Part shown: in pieces, positions 44,016 to 60,424 of the stretch
How the letters are laid out: every line of letters starts with the position of its first letter
Numbering within the stretch: the first letter of the stretch is position 1
NCBI RefSeq assembly: GCF_009914755.1
Contig: NC_060930.1
Strand: one strand, 5' to 3'
DNA length: 64,000 nucleotides
Origin: the human T2T-CHM13v2.0 reference genome, Homo sapiens
Program-made: the position numbers and the translations under genes
The notes under the pieces: model-generated
Databases searched by the model: none
What the model was told of the DNA's origin: nothing
Seen by the model: the letters and a program-made list of their open reading frames with translations, nothing else

Positions 44016-45753
44016 TCAAATTAGCACAAAGCTGGGAGAGGTCTGTGTGGAGTAGAAGTCAGAGCGCTAATGATGTTCAGATGCAGATGTAATTTGGCCG
44101 TAGAAGACTATTGTAATGTTTGGTCTATTTTGGTCCTCAAATTAACCAAATGGGAGTTTCTAAAATAAAAAATCTCTTCTATGGCATAGCAGCATTTTTA
44201 GGTCCTCTAAATAGTGGTTTTGTTCCGTATTGCTGGGGTTTACCTTCTCTGAAAACCTCTGTTAAAATGTAGGAAGCTGCCTGCTACCACTGCATGTCGT
44301 TGTGGGGAAAAGGGGCTTCTAAATGCTTCCCAGCATACAGGAAGGAGTTGTTCAATGCTGTAGTTTGAGCCTCATGTTAATTATATTTCCAGATGTTTCT
44401 AAGAAGATTATATGAAGCAACTATGAACTGTAATTCAGCAGCATCATTTTATAATAATATGTTTATATGAAAAAAAGGTTATACAATTTATCTGTTGTAG
44501 CACAAAACTCTATTTCATCTGTGGACAACTGAAAAGATTCATTAGCAAATCTGTTGTTACAACAAGGATGATCTTTGTTTTCCTGATGAATGGCTGAAAC
44601 ATCACTTGATAGAAGTAGGTCAGATATTTACAAGGATACTCATAATAACGTGCCATTCCCCAGTGCCCATTATCACATCTGTTTCCAGTAGTTCTGAAAA
44701 GACTGGGCTCTTGTAATGCTGAATCCTAATCGTGGATACATTAATTAAATGCCTTTAGATCAGTCATTTAACTTGTTTGTCACCAACAGCATGCCTATGG
44801 AAGGTCTTTACTGTCATAATTTGGTGTGTAGATTCTGACTAGAAGAAAACTTGAGAATTTTTAAAAAATATAAATAATTGATATTAAAGTTTGAAAGCAG
44901 AGACAAAAATGCACCCTTAATTCTGACAGTCTTATACATTATGATCATTTATACATACTTGCTTTCATTTTTTCATAATAATTCCACATAGTTGAAATCA
45001 AAATATAGATCTAATTTTACCTCTCTCTTTTTTGTTTTTTAAAGTTGACCTTATGTCATAGTAGAAACTCTAGCTCACTGCTGAGTAGTCACCCTCCTAA
45101 TTCTAAAACATTCCCTTGGTTGTATGCCATTATAAATAACCTTGCCACAAACATGTATGTGTTTCTTTTCTTTATTTTTTCTTTATGCATTTCTCCTTTA
45201 TTTGTACTTTTTTTCTTTGGGATAGAGATCTGGTTCTGGGGTGCATTGGGTGTGAATAGTTTTATGGTTTTATGGGCCCTTGCTTTCCAAAAAGGTTGTA
45301 ACAATTTACACCTCCTGTGATATGGAGAGTAATGACTTCACACTCAGCAGGGCTGGAAGATGGAGATGTATAATGGTGTGAAGTTAAGGTGGTTAGTGAG
45401 GAATCAAGTAGGGAAGTAGGATGTTCCGGCATTAGACAGTCTGTCCAGAGTGGCCTCAGGGAAGCCGTGATCATTGGCCTTTATTTAGACTGATTTCGTC
45501 TTTTGTAGTTTATTATACTCCTGCTGTGAATGTTGCAAAGGACCAATCCACCGTAGTCCCACATTTTCCCTATCAGAATAACTGAAGTTTAGTATGTGAG
45601 AACTTTATTTAGTAAGAGCCAGCTGGAAGATCTCCGGATCATAAACAAGCAGAAACCAGAAAAGACATAATATTTACAAATGGTATCTGATAACAGGATT
45701 AACAAAAAAAAAAGAAAATACTTGAGGAAAATAGTTGAATGTTTCTTAGGTAG

Positions 45754-46119
<366 letters not shown>

Positions 46120-46341
46120 CATTCTATGAATTTTTATTGACAAAGAGATCTGGGACCACAAGTGGCCAGGTGTTTCTGTGCCAGCAAGCTTGAGACAAGA
46201 GGAATAAACCATTGAGAGAAGTGACATAGATGGGACCAGATGACACACAAGCCCCTTTTTTTCATATTAGGGATTCCAGACTATCCCATAGGCAGTAGGT
46301 CACTGTGAAAGGCTTTAAGCAGGGAAGTAGTAGAGTTCATA

Positions 46342-46648
<307 letters not shown>

Positions 46649-46679
46649 CATATTTTCAATTCAAGACAAATTGTCTGGG

Positions 46680-47560
46680 CAAAGGATATGAACCAGCAAG
46701 TCAAAGAAAAATGCAAATTCCCATAAACATAAAAAAGATCTTACCCTCACTCATATTATAATTAAGGATATACAAATTGAAACTACTGAGATACCATTTG
46801 TCACTTATGACTTTGGCAAAGATAAGAAATCGATAACGACACTCTGTCAGCTGGTGTTAAAGTAGACTGGGAAACAGCTACCCATACAGCACTGGTGGAA
46901 AGAGGAGTCAGTGCAAGATTTTTGGAATACAATGTGGCAAAAATAATCAAAATTTTAGATGCACTTACCCTTGACCTTGTAATTCATCAACCTGGCAAAG
47001 GATAGTAAGACAGGAAGAGCATTCCACATGCAGGAAAAAGAGAGGCTGCAAAGTTTCAGATTTGAGGAAGGCCATGCCCAGAAGAAATGGCAAATTGCCA
47101 GGAATTTAACCTACATATATATACTTGCAGAAATATAATAAGAAGGATGTACAAGGTTGTTTGTTACAGAATGTTTATAATCACACACAAAAAAGCTGGA
47201 AACAAGGTAAATGCCATCAATGGGGGCTGGTTATACAAATCATGATCTTTCTACACAGTGGAGTACCAGTAAGTCATAGAAAAGTATGAAGAAGACGTCT
47301 ATCTTCAGATACGGAGAGGACTTTAAGATACACAGTTAATGGGAAAAAGCAAGATGAGGTGGAGAACAGTATGAATATTATGATCCTATTCATTTGAAGG
47401 GATAGACTGTATATATCCACCTGTTGATTTCTGAATAATTTTTTCTGCAAAAACATGAAAGAAACATTTGAGTGTGGTGATCATTGGGAAATAGAATTGG
47501 GTATTGAGATTGGAATTATTTGAATCATTGTCATATGTATGCGTTGCTTTTATAAAAAGT
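46680..47560 (+). mobile_element. Old L1M (L1ME-like) 3' region
   Basis: atacaaattgaaactactgagataccattt...ggaatttaacctaca...aaatgccatcaatggggg. Confidence 0.75.
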
Positions 47561-47629
47561 AATTACAAAAGACATTTTCACCAACTATTAGCCACACATC
47601 ACCTTTGCCTAATTTAATCTTGGTTTATC

Positions 47630-47850
47630 AACATATATATTACTTATGTGTCATTCACTCTTCCAAGTTCATCACATATATTAACTCCTATTATCACAAA
47701 CCCATATGAGATAAGAACTATTCATATAGTCTCATTTTGTGGAAGAAGGAACTGAGACAGAGAGGTTAAGCAACTTGCCCCAAGGTCGCGTGGCTCTTAA
47801 AGAACAAATCCAGGATTTGAACTCTAGTAGCCTGGCACCCCAGCCCACTA
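47630..47850 (-). mobile_element. MIR
   Basis: gaaggaactgagacagagaggttaagcaacttgcccaagg...ggatttgaactc. Confidence 0.85.
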
Positions 47851-49398
47851 TAGCTTCCCTCAATGATTTTGATTTGCCACCATCGAAACAAGAAGCTGAT
47901 CCCTTGAGTAAGGTCTTTGTAATGACCCTGGTACTGTTGCTTGTTACTGACTTGAGGTTCTTTTAGTTCAGTCAGTGAGTAGTTGTATTTAGTAAGGGGT
48001 TAAAATTGGTTCTGGCACCTGCTCCAAGAAGTGCCTCTTTTCTCCATGCAGAATTTGCTCAGCTTTCATCTGAAGACAACGAGTCCAATACATAAAGGCC
48101 ACAGGTGCCCCTTGCGGCCGTCCTTCTTTCTCAGTCCTAGTTTTGCTTTCTGAAAGGGAAATACACAGAGGATTTATCCCTTCCAGGCATGCTGAATGTC
48201 CAGCATTTGGCCAGGCTATGTTCAAGTCTTCTAGACTCCCAGCCTGAGCTCCCTGAATACCCCTTAACAGAATGCTTTATAGCTCAAGGTCATATGCCAA
48301 ATGATCTTTCTGCCCTCCGACTCCCTGCAGCAAGCTTGGAAAACAAAATACTGTAAGTCAAGCTAGATCCAAGTCCAGGATAACTAGATTAATACAGCTA
48401 AGAATTTTTCTCTTTTCAGTTATGTCATGGAAATGACAATAGGATTTGATCAGAAATACCTTCTTAGCAATGAATTATTTGAAAAAAACAATGCAAGGGA
48501 GCATCTTTTTTTTTTTTTTTTCTGGTTGGCTGATGTTACTTAATGGCTCATTGTGCCCCATTGTTTGGCTCAGTTTTCTGAGCAAATTCCTTTGTTCGAC
48601 AAACACTTACCTAAGATCTCCTTAATGCCAGGTACAAAAAATAGAGAGCTAAATAAGACACAGTCACCCACACTGAGCACACACTAATGGAAGAAATAGA
48701 ACTGGCAGCCAATAATTACAGGGCTGCAAGATAAGTGATTATGAAGCATATAAAAAGTGCTCTGGAAGCACAAAGTAAGTAATCCTTTAATTGTCTTAAT
48801 TTAGTCCCAATTGATAATTATTTCCCAGGGAAATGGCCTCAGTCTCCACTGGGAAATACGAATGCCTTGGGTTATTTCAGCCCTTCACCTGTTCATGCAT
48901 GCATGCAACAAACACGGAACACCTAGCAACACTGGCTCTGGTGGCTGCATAGAGAAAAATGTGATAGAGTTACGTTCATTGGGGTATTCACACCAACATT
49001 TGGTCTTCTGCATGTTTTGCAAGCATTCATTTTGTACATACTAAGTGCTAAACCCAGAATTAGGCCCTTGGTTACAAAGATGAAAAAATGCAATTCCTTC
49101 CTCTGAGAGACTTGAGTGTGGCCCAGTTGGAGCTGGAGTGGAGATGGCAACAGAGCTCTGAGAAGCAAACAAGACAGAGTGAGGTTCCCTGGGGCTTTTG
49201 AAGCTGGTGTTCAAGGTTGGAAAGAGAGAAGGGACATTCCAGATGCAGGAAGAAATGCTGCAAAGTCATAGCGTTAAGGAGAAGCATGTCCAAAAGGAAT
49301 GATAGAAGGAACTTAAGTGCCAAAAGAGCAGATTAGTTGGAACGCTCTGAGAGGTCAGGGCAGAGGGTCATTGCTTTCAACAATGGTAGTTGAAAGTG

Positions 49399-49668
49399 AT
49401 ATCACACTCTGGGGACTGCGGTGGGGTGGGGGGAGGGGGGAGGGATAGCATTGGGAGATCCTAATGCTAGATGACGAGTTAGTGGGTGCAGCGCACCAGC
49501 ATGGCACATGTATACATATGTAACTAACCTGCACAATGTGCACATGTACCCTAAAACTTAAAGTATAATAAAAAAAAAAATAAAGTACAAAAAAAAACAC
49601 TGAAGTTGGCTTAGGAGGCTTCAGGAACATTAAAAGATGAAATGATGCAAGCAAAAAAAAAAAAAAAA
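49399..49668 (+). mobile_element. 5'-truncated L1PA2 with a 3' transduction
   Basis: atcacactctggggactg...gctagatgacGAGttagtgggtgcagcgcaccagc...gcacaatgtg...aaacttAaagtataat (GAG/A diagnostics, so not L1HS-Ta); second poly(A) at 49653-49668; TSD aaagtgat. Confidence 0.92.
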
Positions 49669-49869
49669 GTGATTGCATGCTTATGTGTCTAAGTGTGGTT
49701 TATGCATTCACTTGTTTAATTCTCCCTCTAGCCCAATGAGGTATTATGTACTCCCATCTTGCATTTGTGGAAACTGAAACACAGGGAAGTTTGATAACTT
49801 GCCAAGCTCATATCTCAGTGAGTTGATCTGGTTCATTGTACTCCAGGGCCTGCACACCTAACCGTGGCA

Positions 49870-50410
49870 CCACCACAGCTACAGTCCTTGCAGAATGGCC
49901 AGGATTTTGAACAGCAGAATTAGGGGAGAGGATATTCAGACACAGCCAGTGGAATAAACAAAGGCACAGATCAGAAGTGTGTTTTGGAAGTTTGATTCAG
50001 TTGGATCAGGGGTTATAACAGGCAACTGCTGGGAGATATAAGTTGGGTTTAGACATGGAAAGCAGTAACAGCTACAGAGTTGGGCTTTCATTCCACTGGA
50101 GGCTTTTGAGCAAGGAGGTGACATGATCACAGCTGGCCTTTGGGTGACTGACTGGCAGTTAGAGATACAACCAACAGGAACAGGGGGAGCCTGGCCAGGG
50201 AGGCTAGTTAGGGGGCTATCGTAGCAGTCTAGGCAAGAGACATTGGAGCCAGCATGAGGTGGTGGCATCCAGAATGAAAGGAAGCCAAGAAATAGAGGCA
50301 CAGAGGAGGAGAAATAACAAGACTTGCGAGACAAAATATCGGGGTGAGGGAGAAGGAGAAATCAAAGATAGCCTAGAGGTTCTGACCCTGGGTGACTGGG
50401 TGCTTTAACA
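49870..50410 (-). mobile_element. L2 fragment
   Basis: ggaggcttttgagcaaggaggtgacatgatc...gggaggctagttagggggct...ggagaaatcaaagat. Confidence 0.75.
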
Positions 50411-50608
50411 GCCATGGATAAGAGTTGAATTAAGATGAGAAAAGAAGGGGAATCTGCTTATGACAAGGAACACTCATGGCCAAAGAGGATCCAGGGGTCC
50501 CCCATCACACAATGAAGGAGAGGTCATCTACTGGGAGTGTAGGACGCCAAGGCTGGATTCTATCATGTCTCAGAAAGGACAGGAACACTCTTAACCCTAT
50601 GGGGCAGC

Positions 50609-50989
50609 TGTATCAGTTCCCTAGAGCTGTTTTTTTTGGGGGGAGTGGGTGGGGGCTGTGAGGAAGAATCTGTTCCATGTATCTCCCCTAGCTTCTGGTG
50701 GTTTGCTCACCATCTTGGTCATTCCTTGGCTTGTAGAAGCATCACCCTGACCTCTGCCTTCGGCTTCACATGGCATTCTCCCTGTGTGCCTGTCTGTCTC
50801 CAAATTTCCCTTTTTTGTAAAGACACCAGTCATATTGGATTAGGGACTTATACTATTCCAACATGACCTTATCTTAATCCAATGGGTGATATCTTCAACA
50901 ACCCTGTTCCAAATAAGGCTGCATTCTAAACACTAGGGATTAAGACATCAACATGTGAATTTTGGAGGAATGTAGTTCTAACCATAACA
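50609..50989 (-). mobile_element. MLT1B/C-like LTR (internally deleted)
   Basis: tgtatcagttccctagagctg...gaagaatctgttccatg...gacaccagtcatattggattaggg...ccataaca. Confidence 0.88.
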
Positions 50990-53900
50990 GCAGTGAATGA
51001 GATGACAGACTATTGCTCTCAAAAGATAGCCAGGTTTCTAGTTTCCTTAGGCATTTTCTGGAGGTTTGCGAGCAGTTCATTATTATCTTAAAAATATTAT
51101 CCAGAGCTGTGGTCTATCAGCAGCTCATTACCAGACTGGCAGATACATTTAATCAGCAAAAGAGTTGTTCCTGTGATTAGCATCCTCCTGGTTTCCCAGC
51201 TCAAGAGTTCTTCTGAGTAATAGTAATCCTTCCCCCAGAGATCATATTCCAGAATAGTTGTATAGCCAGGAGCACATGCCCAGTGGCTAGAGAACTGCTT
51301 AAGAGAAAGAACAAGTAAAGGCAAAAACCTGAGCTGTGGGTAACCAGGGCATTCAGTTGCAAATAAAGTCCCACCACATTCAGTTCCTATTAGGAATAGA
51401 TCTGTGCCCATTTTGCTGTTTGGGGGGGTCTAGCTTTGTCAATAAAATAGTTTACAGTCTTTAACCCAAACTTAATTTTTTTTCTTCTTGGAAAATGAAT
51501 TTTATCACCTTGTTGAAAAGAAAAAAAGTTTTCCAAGAGCAAATTTTTTTAAGATATTTGATTTTTCCAGATCCACCTTCATCCTCATAAGGCATATAGG
51601 CTGTTGTGCCCAAGCAGGATCAGAGAAAAACACATTTGAATCATGATCACGGCTCTTCCTCATGAAGAGGCAATGCCAACTCATGGAGACACAGGCCTTA
51701 CTGCTTACATGCGATGGCTGGAGGTTTGGGCATCGCAGAGATGGACAGATACCCATGAGTGAATCACAAGGAGCTCTGCCCTGGGTGTTTATAATTCAGA
51801 TCCAGCCCTTCCCTAAATAGCTCTTAGGTGACATTCCATTTCCATGTGGGCATATTTACATTTACACTCCATTTATGTGATTTGTCAGAGCTTGAGGCTG
51901 ATAGCTTAAAACCTTTCCCTTCCGTTCCAGTTTTCATTGCCCTCCCAATCTCTATAGCCTTGAAAATGAGCTTTTCTGAGCTTCTCATTAATTTTTCACT
52001 CCTCTCGCTACAGGAGACACGCAGATAGACGGCACTGGGATTGCTGGCCAAAGAATGCTTGGCAAGCCACTGCTGCATCCAGCAGTAAGTTTCAGAAACA
52101 TACCTCAAGGGATTTTGACAAGTAAAATGCCCAGTACCTGCTTGCAATCTAATTATGGGGTTCCCATGAGACCCTGAGAAGGTTGCATTATGTACCAATC
52201 TCAGGGTGTGCAGTGATTTGTTCATTCTTTTTTAATTGGATGTTAAATTAAAAGTAGCAGTGTGATATACCAGCAAGATCACCACTCTGGCTATAACTAG
52301 CCATATGACCTTGAACAAGTGAGTTCACCTCTTCGAAACTTCTCACTTCATCTTCAAAATATGTGTCCTAGGCTAGACCACCTCCCAAGATTTTATAACA
52401 TCTAACCTTCCTCTCGTTTTGACAGCCACCGAGCATTCTCTTCTACAAATACAGAGAAACGGCGTGTAACCAGTCTCCCTTGATGTCTGTTTCTCTAGCC
52501 ATTAACAGGATTTCTGTGTTGGAAGGCTCAAAAATTCACCCATACCCAGTTTTGTATAAGAAACATGCCACATAGGACATGTGTCTTCCACTTAGGGCAA
52601 CCCTGTCATCCAATGTTGTGACATTGGATGTCTCTGAACTTCACTGCCCCTCCTTTCCACCTGACCCCTGACCCCCACCCAGCACAACTATCCTGACTTA
52701 GAAGATTTGAATGCATTTCTTTAGGAGCCTTTAAAAAAGTTATTTCAAGTGCTGGAGTTTAGAATTTTGTAGGACGTGTCTATCCAGAGAGCTCTGTAAT
52801 AAGCCTAGAGTCTTGTTGAGCATGAACTTATTCAGCTGGCAAAATTAACCCTATTGAAGTTTTTACCCAGCTGGTTTAATTGGAACTGGGGTGTGTAAGG
52901 GTCAAAATGGATAAGACTTTTCATTGATTAGTTCATTAACCAACTAAACCAATGGTGCATGTGATTTGCTTCGGCAAAGTCTTCTAAAATGAAATAACCT
53001 TCTGAAGGTATAGATGGTCTTCCAAGAACTAATAATTCAAATAACCAGTGAACAAAATAGGATAAAAGCCGGGTTTTGTCACCTTCTGTGGCCTGTATTT
53101 GCTGTCTAGAAGTAATTATCTTGGGAATGAACTCATTTGATCAGCAGCCAGGAATGCTGTCTGTGACAAATAAATTCCCTTACATTGTCCTTGAGGATAA
53201 TGAATGATATCACAAGAAGGAAAATATAAAAAGAAAACCTGGTAGAAATGACAATAAATATGTGTTAGGAATTAAGTACTACAGTAATGATAGAGCTTTC
53301 TCCACCTAAATTTTATGTCATCCTACGAAAGAACTTTTCGTAAAAGAAAAAAAAAGTTTTTAATGGCTTGCTTCCATGACTAATAGAAAACCAGAGGAAT
53401 TTTCAGGCTAAGCTAAAAAGGAGAATATTTTTGGAAAAATACAGCAAGCACTTGGAGTACAATTTGTTACATCAACATTAAATCAGAACATGTTGAATAA
53501 CCAATGGATTATTTTCTTCATAAGAATAGAGAGTAGTCCAGAGTGCAGTATTTAAAACACCGAGCATAAAAACCCTAAAAGTGTCAGTCTTTTCATGTAC
53601 CCCAAAAGTTGAAAAATAAAACAGTGGGTTATAGTAGTAATTGCTTTGAGCAGGGCTCTGCCAGTATTTGAAGTTCTTGGCATAACTCCATTGTACTTTC
53701 TGAACTGGGTTCTACTAGAAGATGAACTCCCCTACAGCAGTTTCCTCATGCGTGAAGTGGTGGGTTTAGAATAGATGGCCTCTGAGGCTCCTGACAACCC
53801 TAATATTCTTGGATTTTAAAACAACGAATTTAAGAGAAACAGGTCAAATTTTATGTTTTCAGTTGCATATAAATATAGTAGCAGCAGAAATGATAGACGC

Positions 53901-54020
53901 AACATGTATCTGTTCTGTTAGCAAAATATCTCTTTGCACAATGCCCTTCCGAATCACTGCTCCTGGTTACAACTATTTGAAAGCACTGTATGATGTTATC
54001 AAAAGTGTACTTAAAGAAGC

Positions 54021-54320
54021 AGCCAGGCTGGGGTCATGCCTGTAATCCCAGCTCTTTGGGAGGCCAAAGCAGGAGGATCACTTTAGGCTAGAAGTTCGAG
54101 ACTAGCCTGGGCAACATAGTAAGACCCCCATCTCTAACAAAAAAAAATTAATTAATTAGCCAGGTGTGCAGATGTGCACCTGTAATCCCAGCCACTTGGG
54201 AAGCTGAAGCAGGAGGATCACTTCAGCCTGGGAGTTTGAGACTGCAGTAGGCTATGATTGTACCACTGCACTTCAGCCTAGGCGATGGAGTAAGACCCTG
54301 TCTCTAAAACAATAAAAACA
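54021..54320 (+). mobile_element. Alu (AluJ-type)
   Basis: cctgtaatcccagc...gcctgggcaacatagtaagaccc...gagtttgagactgcagt. Confidence 0.94.
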
Positions 54321-54960
54321 AGAAGTCAAAGGGAAGCGTGGTTTGTCCTGTTTAAATGCTACAGCAATAGACTTCATTTACGAGAATTTAGGAATACTAG
54401 AACAAGTGGTGTCTCTTTCATCATTGCTGTTTCTTTCCTAGGTTAACAATTCACAAAGAATTGCAGGTAAGATCAATCTGGCCACACTTTCTTATGAGCA
54501 AGAACAGATGTTAATACTTAAAGGAAAGAACAATTAGGGGCCTAGGTGGGATCATTTGGTCTAGGTGCAGACTTTGAGCATTTCACTGATGGCCCCCCTC
54601 TCTCATACACTCCATGTTATTCTGCCTCCTACTTCCACTCATCGCGATGCCTTCATCCTTTTTCCTTCCACCGTTAGGAGTGTATGCTGGTCTCTGTATG
54701 TTTCCTTCTCCTCCACTGAGTCACCAATGGCTCCAATGGGTATCACTTTGCTTAAAGTCAACACACTGGAGATGGCTGGCCATAAATATTATTATATCTT
54801 CAGTGTGCTGAAGGCAAATACCATTAGCCAACAGTTTTGTGCCTAGGTAAACCAGCATTCAGGTAAAATAAAGATGTGTTAGCCATAGGAATCTGAAACA
54901 GCTGACCATGAAGAGATAGTCCCCAAAAGAAATGTGGAAGAAACAGTTCAGGAAGAAGAA

Positions 54961-57032
<2,072 letters not shown>

Positions 57033-57560
57033 AAGAAAAATGAACACATAATAAAGGACTTGAATGGAGGAAGCAATAATGAGCAAATAAATTGGCAACA
57101 TTCTTTTATCAATGTAAATAAGTGCCCCTTATTTAAAAATATTAAAAATAATTATTATGAGCAATTTTTAAAGGAAGAGCCAGTATCCTACATAACAATG
57201 TATAAGAAGAGGGGGTGGCGTGAATAATGACATTCTAAGCTCACTATATTATTCTGGAGGAAGGTGGTGATAGGGATTCATTTTGAACTTTCTGAGTCAA
57301 GTAAGCATATTAAACATTTAAGGCTAACTACTAAAAGAATAGAAGTAGAGCATGTAACTTAAACCAGTGAAGAGGGAACAGGATAAAGAAAACTTTATCA
57401 TTCTAATAGAAAGTAATGAAAACGCTAAGAAAATTATGGCAATTAGCGTAGAATAAAGGGGGAGAAATATTAATAAATCCAAATATGTCCGCAATTACAA
57501 TACATGTAAGTATTCAATATATACCAATTAAAAGATGGATGTTAAAAAGTATACAACAAA

Positions 57561-57808
57561 TTATTATTATTGCAAACATTTTTTCCATATCACTAAACAT
57601 GACCATTTAATGACATTATTTGATAAAGTTTAACTCCATTTAGTGGAGATCTAAACCTAAATTTAAATTTGGAAATCCCGTTATAATCTCTCATTCCATA
57701 ATAATTTATACTTTAACTCTTACATGAAGAGTTCTCACTAAACTCCACTACTAAATCTTTTTGAAAATAATACTGTGTTATTAAAATGTTATTCAAAATT
57801 AACCATAA
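57561..57808 (+). other. Non-repeat retro-insert (orphan transduction or retrocopied RNA 3' end) with a 17-bp TSD
   Basis: aaaaagtatacaacaaa at 57544-57560 and 57809-57825; tt|aaaa site; ATTAAA at 57780-57785, 21 nt before the A-run. Confidence 0.7.
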
Positions 57809-58794
57809 AAAAAGTATACAACAAAATTCAAATATCTCCTGTTTATAAAACATACTTTAAACATAAGGATAGAAAAGTTTAGAAGGTCATAAAAGGATAG
57901 ACTAATATTTTTTAGAAGAATGCTAATTTATGCAAATATTAATCAAATATATTTTCAGGCAAAAAGCAGCTATAAAGTTGATAAAAGGAAGAGTTTAATA
58001 AACTTCCTAATGGAAGATGCAACAATTCAAAATATGTATGTATCTAACTTTATAGTCTTAAAATATATACAGCATAAGTTGGCAGAATACAAGGATAAAT
58101 GAACAAATCTATCAACTTATACCTCTCAAGAACTGGCAGATCAGGCAGACAAAAAGAAGTGAGGATATAGAAAGCTAAAATGCATGATTAACAAGCTGTA
58201 AGACAGCCAAAACCTATCATAGATTTGGAAATTTAAAAATGAACATTAAAATGTTTTATGGATTAAAGAATAAATTATACATTCAGCATTAAACGAATAC
58301 TTAGAACTGACTGAGAATAAATATATTATGTGTCAAACACATGTGAGATATAGCATAAAGCAGTATGTAGAGGTAAATTTATCACCTTAAATGTATACCT
58401 TAGAAAAGAAGAAAGATTGAAAAGAGCCAAAATTAATGAATCAAAAACAATTTAAAAAATAAGATCCATAAAGCCTAAAAACAGTTATTTGAAAATATTT
58501 CTAAATTGAGTAAAAATCTAGGCAAAGTAATTGCCTAAAAATAAAGAAGATACACATTTCTAAAAAAAAAAAAAAAAAAAAAAAGCTAAAAGGAAAAGTA
58601 CATAGCTACAGATAGAACTCAGAGTTTTTAATCAAAAGGAAAAACTGAGAACAACTTTATGCCAAAATTTGAAAACCTAGGTTAAAAAGAGTTTCTATAA
58701 CATAATATAAATTGCCTAAATGCATACTAGTAGAAATAGAAAAGGCAACTAAACTCTAGCCAGTGTGCAATTAAATCAGTAGTTTAAAAATCTT

Positions 58795-59711
58795 TATTTT
58801 CTTTTAAAACATTTTTTATTGAGATGTAATTTACACTCAGCAAAATTAACCCGTTTTCATGTACAGTTTTAGGAGTTTGGCAGATATATACAGACATGTA
58901 ACCCCCTCCACAATCAAGATACAGAACAGTTTTGTTGCCCTAAAAAATTCCTTCATTCCCCTTTGTAGACAACTTTTCTTCACCCCTAGGCCCCAGTAAC
59001 CAGTGCTTTTTTTTCTGCCAATATGATTTTGTGCTTTCCAGAATGTGGTAAGAATGGAATTATGTAGCACGTAGCATTTTGAGAATGCATTTCAGATTCA
59101 TCTGTGTTATGGTGTGTATCTGTCGTTTATTCCTTTTTGTTGCTGAGTAGTATTTCATTACATGGATATCCCATAGTTTACCCATTTGACCAGTTGAAAG
59201 ACTTTTGGGTTGTTTCTAGGTTTAGGCTATTATGTACATACATGTTTTTATTTCACCTAGGTAAATAACTAAGAGTAAGATTTCTGGGTTATGTGGTAAG
59301 GGTATGTTTAACTTTATAAGAAATTGTCATGCTGTGTTTGTACCACTTTGCATTCCCATCAACAAGGTGATAGAGTTTCAGTGGCTCTGTATTCTTGTCA
59401 ACACTTGGTATTATCCATTCATTTATTTTAGCCATTCTTATAGGTATGAGTCTCACTGTAATTCAAATTTGCATTTTCATAATGACTAATGAGCATCTTT
59501 TCATGTTCTTATTTGCCATTTTTATATCTTTGTTTAAGTATTTTGACCATTTTTTAAACTGAACTGTTCATTTTCTTATTGAGTTTTCAGACTGTTTTAT
59601 ATATATATGTTATATATATAACATATATATTTTTATATATAACATATGTATAAAATATATGAATATATTTTAGATATCTAATATATATATATTCTGGGTA
59701 AAAATTACATA
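58795..59711 (-). mobile_element. L1MB-like 3' fragment nested in L1M, with a TA-rich low-complexity patch (about 59595-59695)
   Basis: tttttattgagatgtaatttaca...cacaatcaagatacagaaca...gctgagtagtatttcatt...gagcatcttttcatg; TSD-like cagtagYttaaaa(a)tc at 58777 and 59712. Confidence 0.85.
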
Positions 59712-60126
59712 CAGTAGCTTAAAATCATCCTTCTTTTTAAAAAATGAAGCCTTAGGTGGTGATGATTTAACCATTCTACCAAACCATCGAGGAAAAACTA
59801 CAAATTTTTCTAGAAAATGAAATAAAGCTCCTTAATCATTTTATTGTATAACCATGATACCAAAGCACATAGTATGAGAAAGGAAAATTTGTAGAGCAAT
59901 TTTACTTGCAACATAGATGAAATATTATCAAACTAAATTCATGTTCAAGTGAGTTTTTTGCATCCAATGATAGGTTAACATCAGACAATTTATTAATATA
60001 ACTTACTGCCTGACCATATTAAGAAAATCATATAATTATCTCAAAAGAAGAAAAAGCACTGAGGATATCTAATATTCATGATTTAAAGAAAGAAACAATA
60101 TTAGGAAATTACAAATAAAAGCAGGC

Positions 60127-60424
60127 TTTCTTTTTTTTTTTTGAAACAGGGTTTCCCACTGTTGCACAGGTGGTGTGCAGTGGTGTGATCACAGCTCACT
60201 GCAGCTTTGACCTCCTGGGCTCAGGTGATCCTCCCACCTGAGCCTCCCTAGTAGCTGGGACTATAGGTGCATGCCACCACGCCTGGCTAATATTTTGTAT
60301 TTTTTGTAGAGATGGGATTTCACCGTGCTGCCCGGGCTAATCTCGAAGTCCTGGGCTCAAGCAGTCCTCCCACCTTGGCCTCCCAAGGTGCTAGGATTAC
60401 AGGCATGAGCCACTACACCCAGCC
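60127..60424 (-). mobile_element. Alu (AluJ-type)
   Basis: gatcacagctcactgcagctttgacctcctgggctca...cctgggctcaagcagtcctcccacc. Confidence 0.95.

Noticed and set aside
49373-49396. Hairpin ctttcaac-N7-gttgaaag next to the L1PA2 site
   Set aside because: Only an 8-bp stem; expected by chance and not a recognisable MITE.
49399-49570. Possible active-type L1HS-Ta insertion
   Set aside because: Has GAG (not ACA/ACG) and A (not G) at the 3' UTR diagnostic sites, so L1PA2.
51824-52225. 133-aa minus-strand ORF
   Set aside because: No recognisable family; length within chance expectation for 64 kb.
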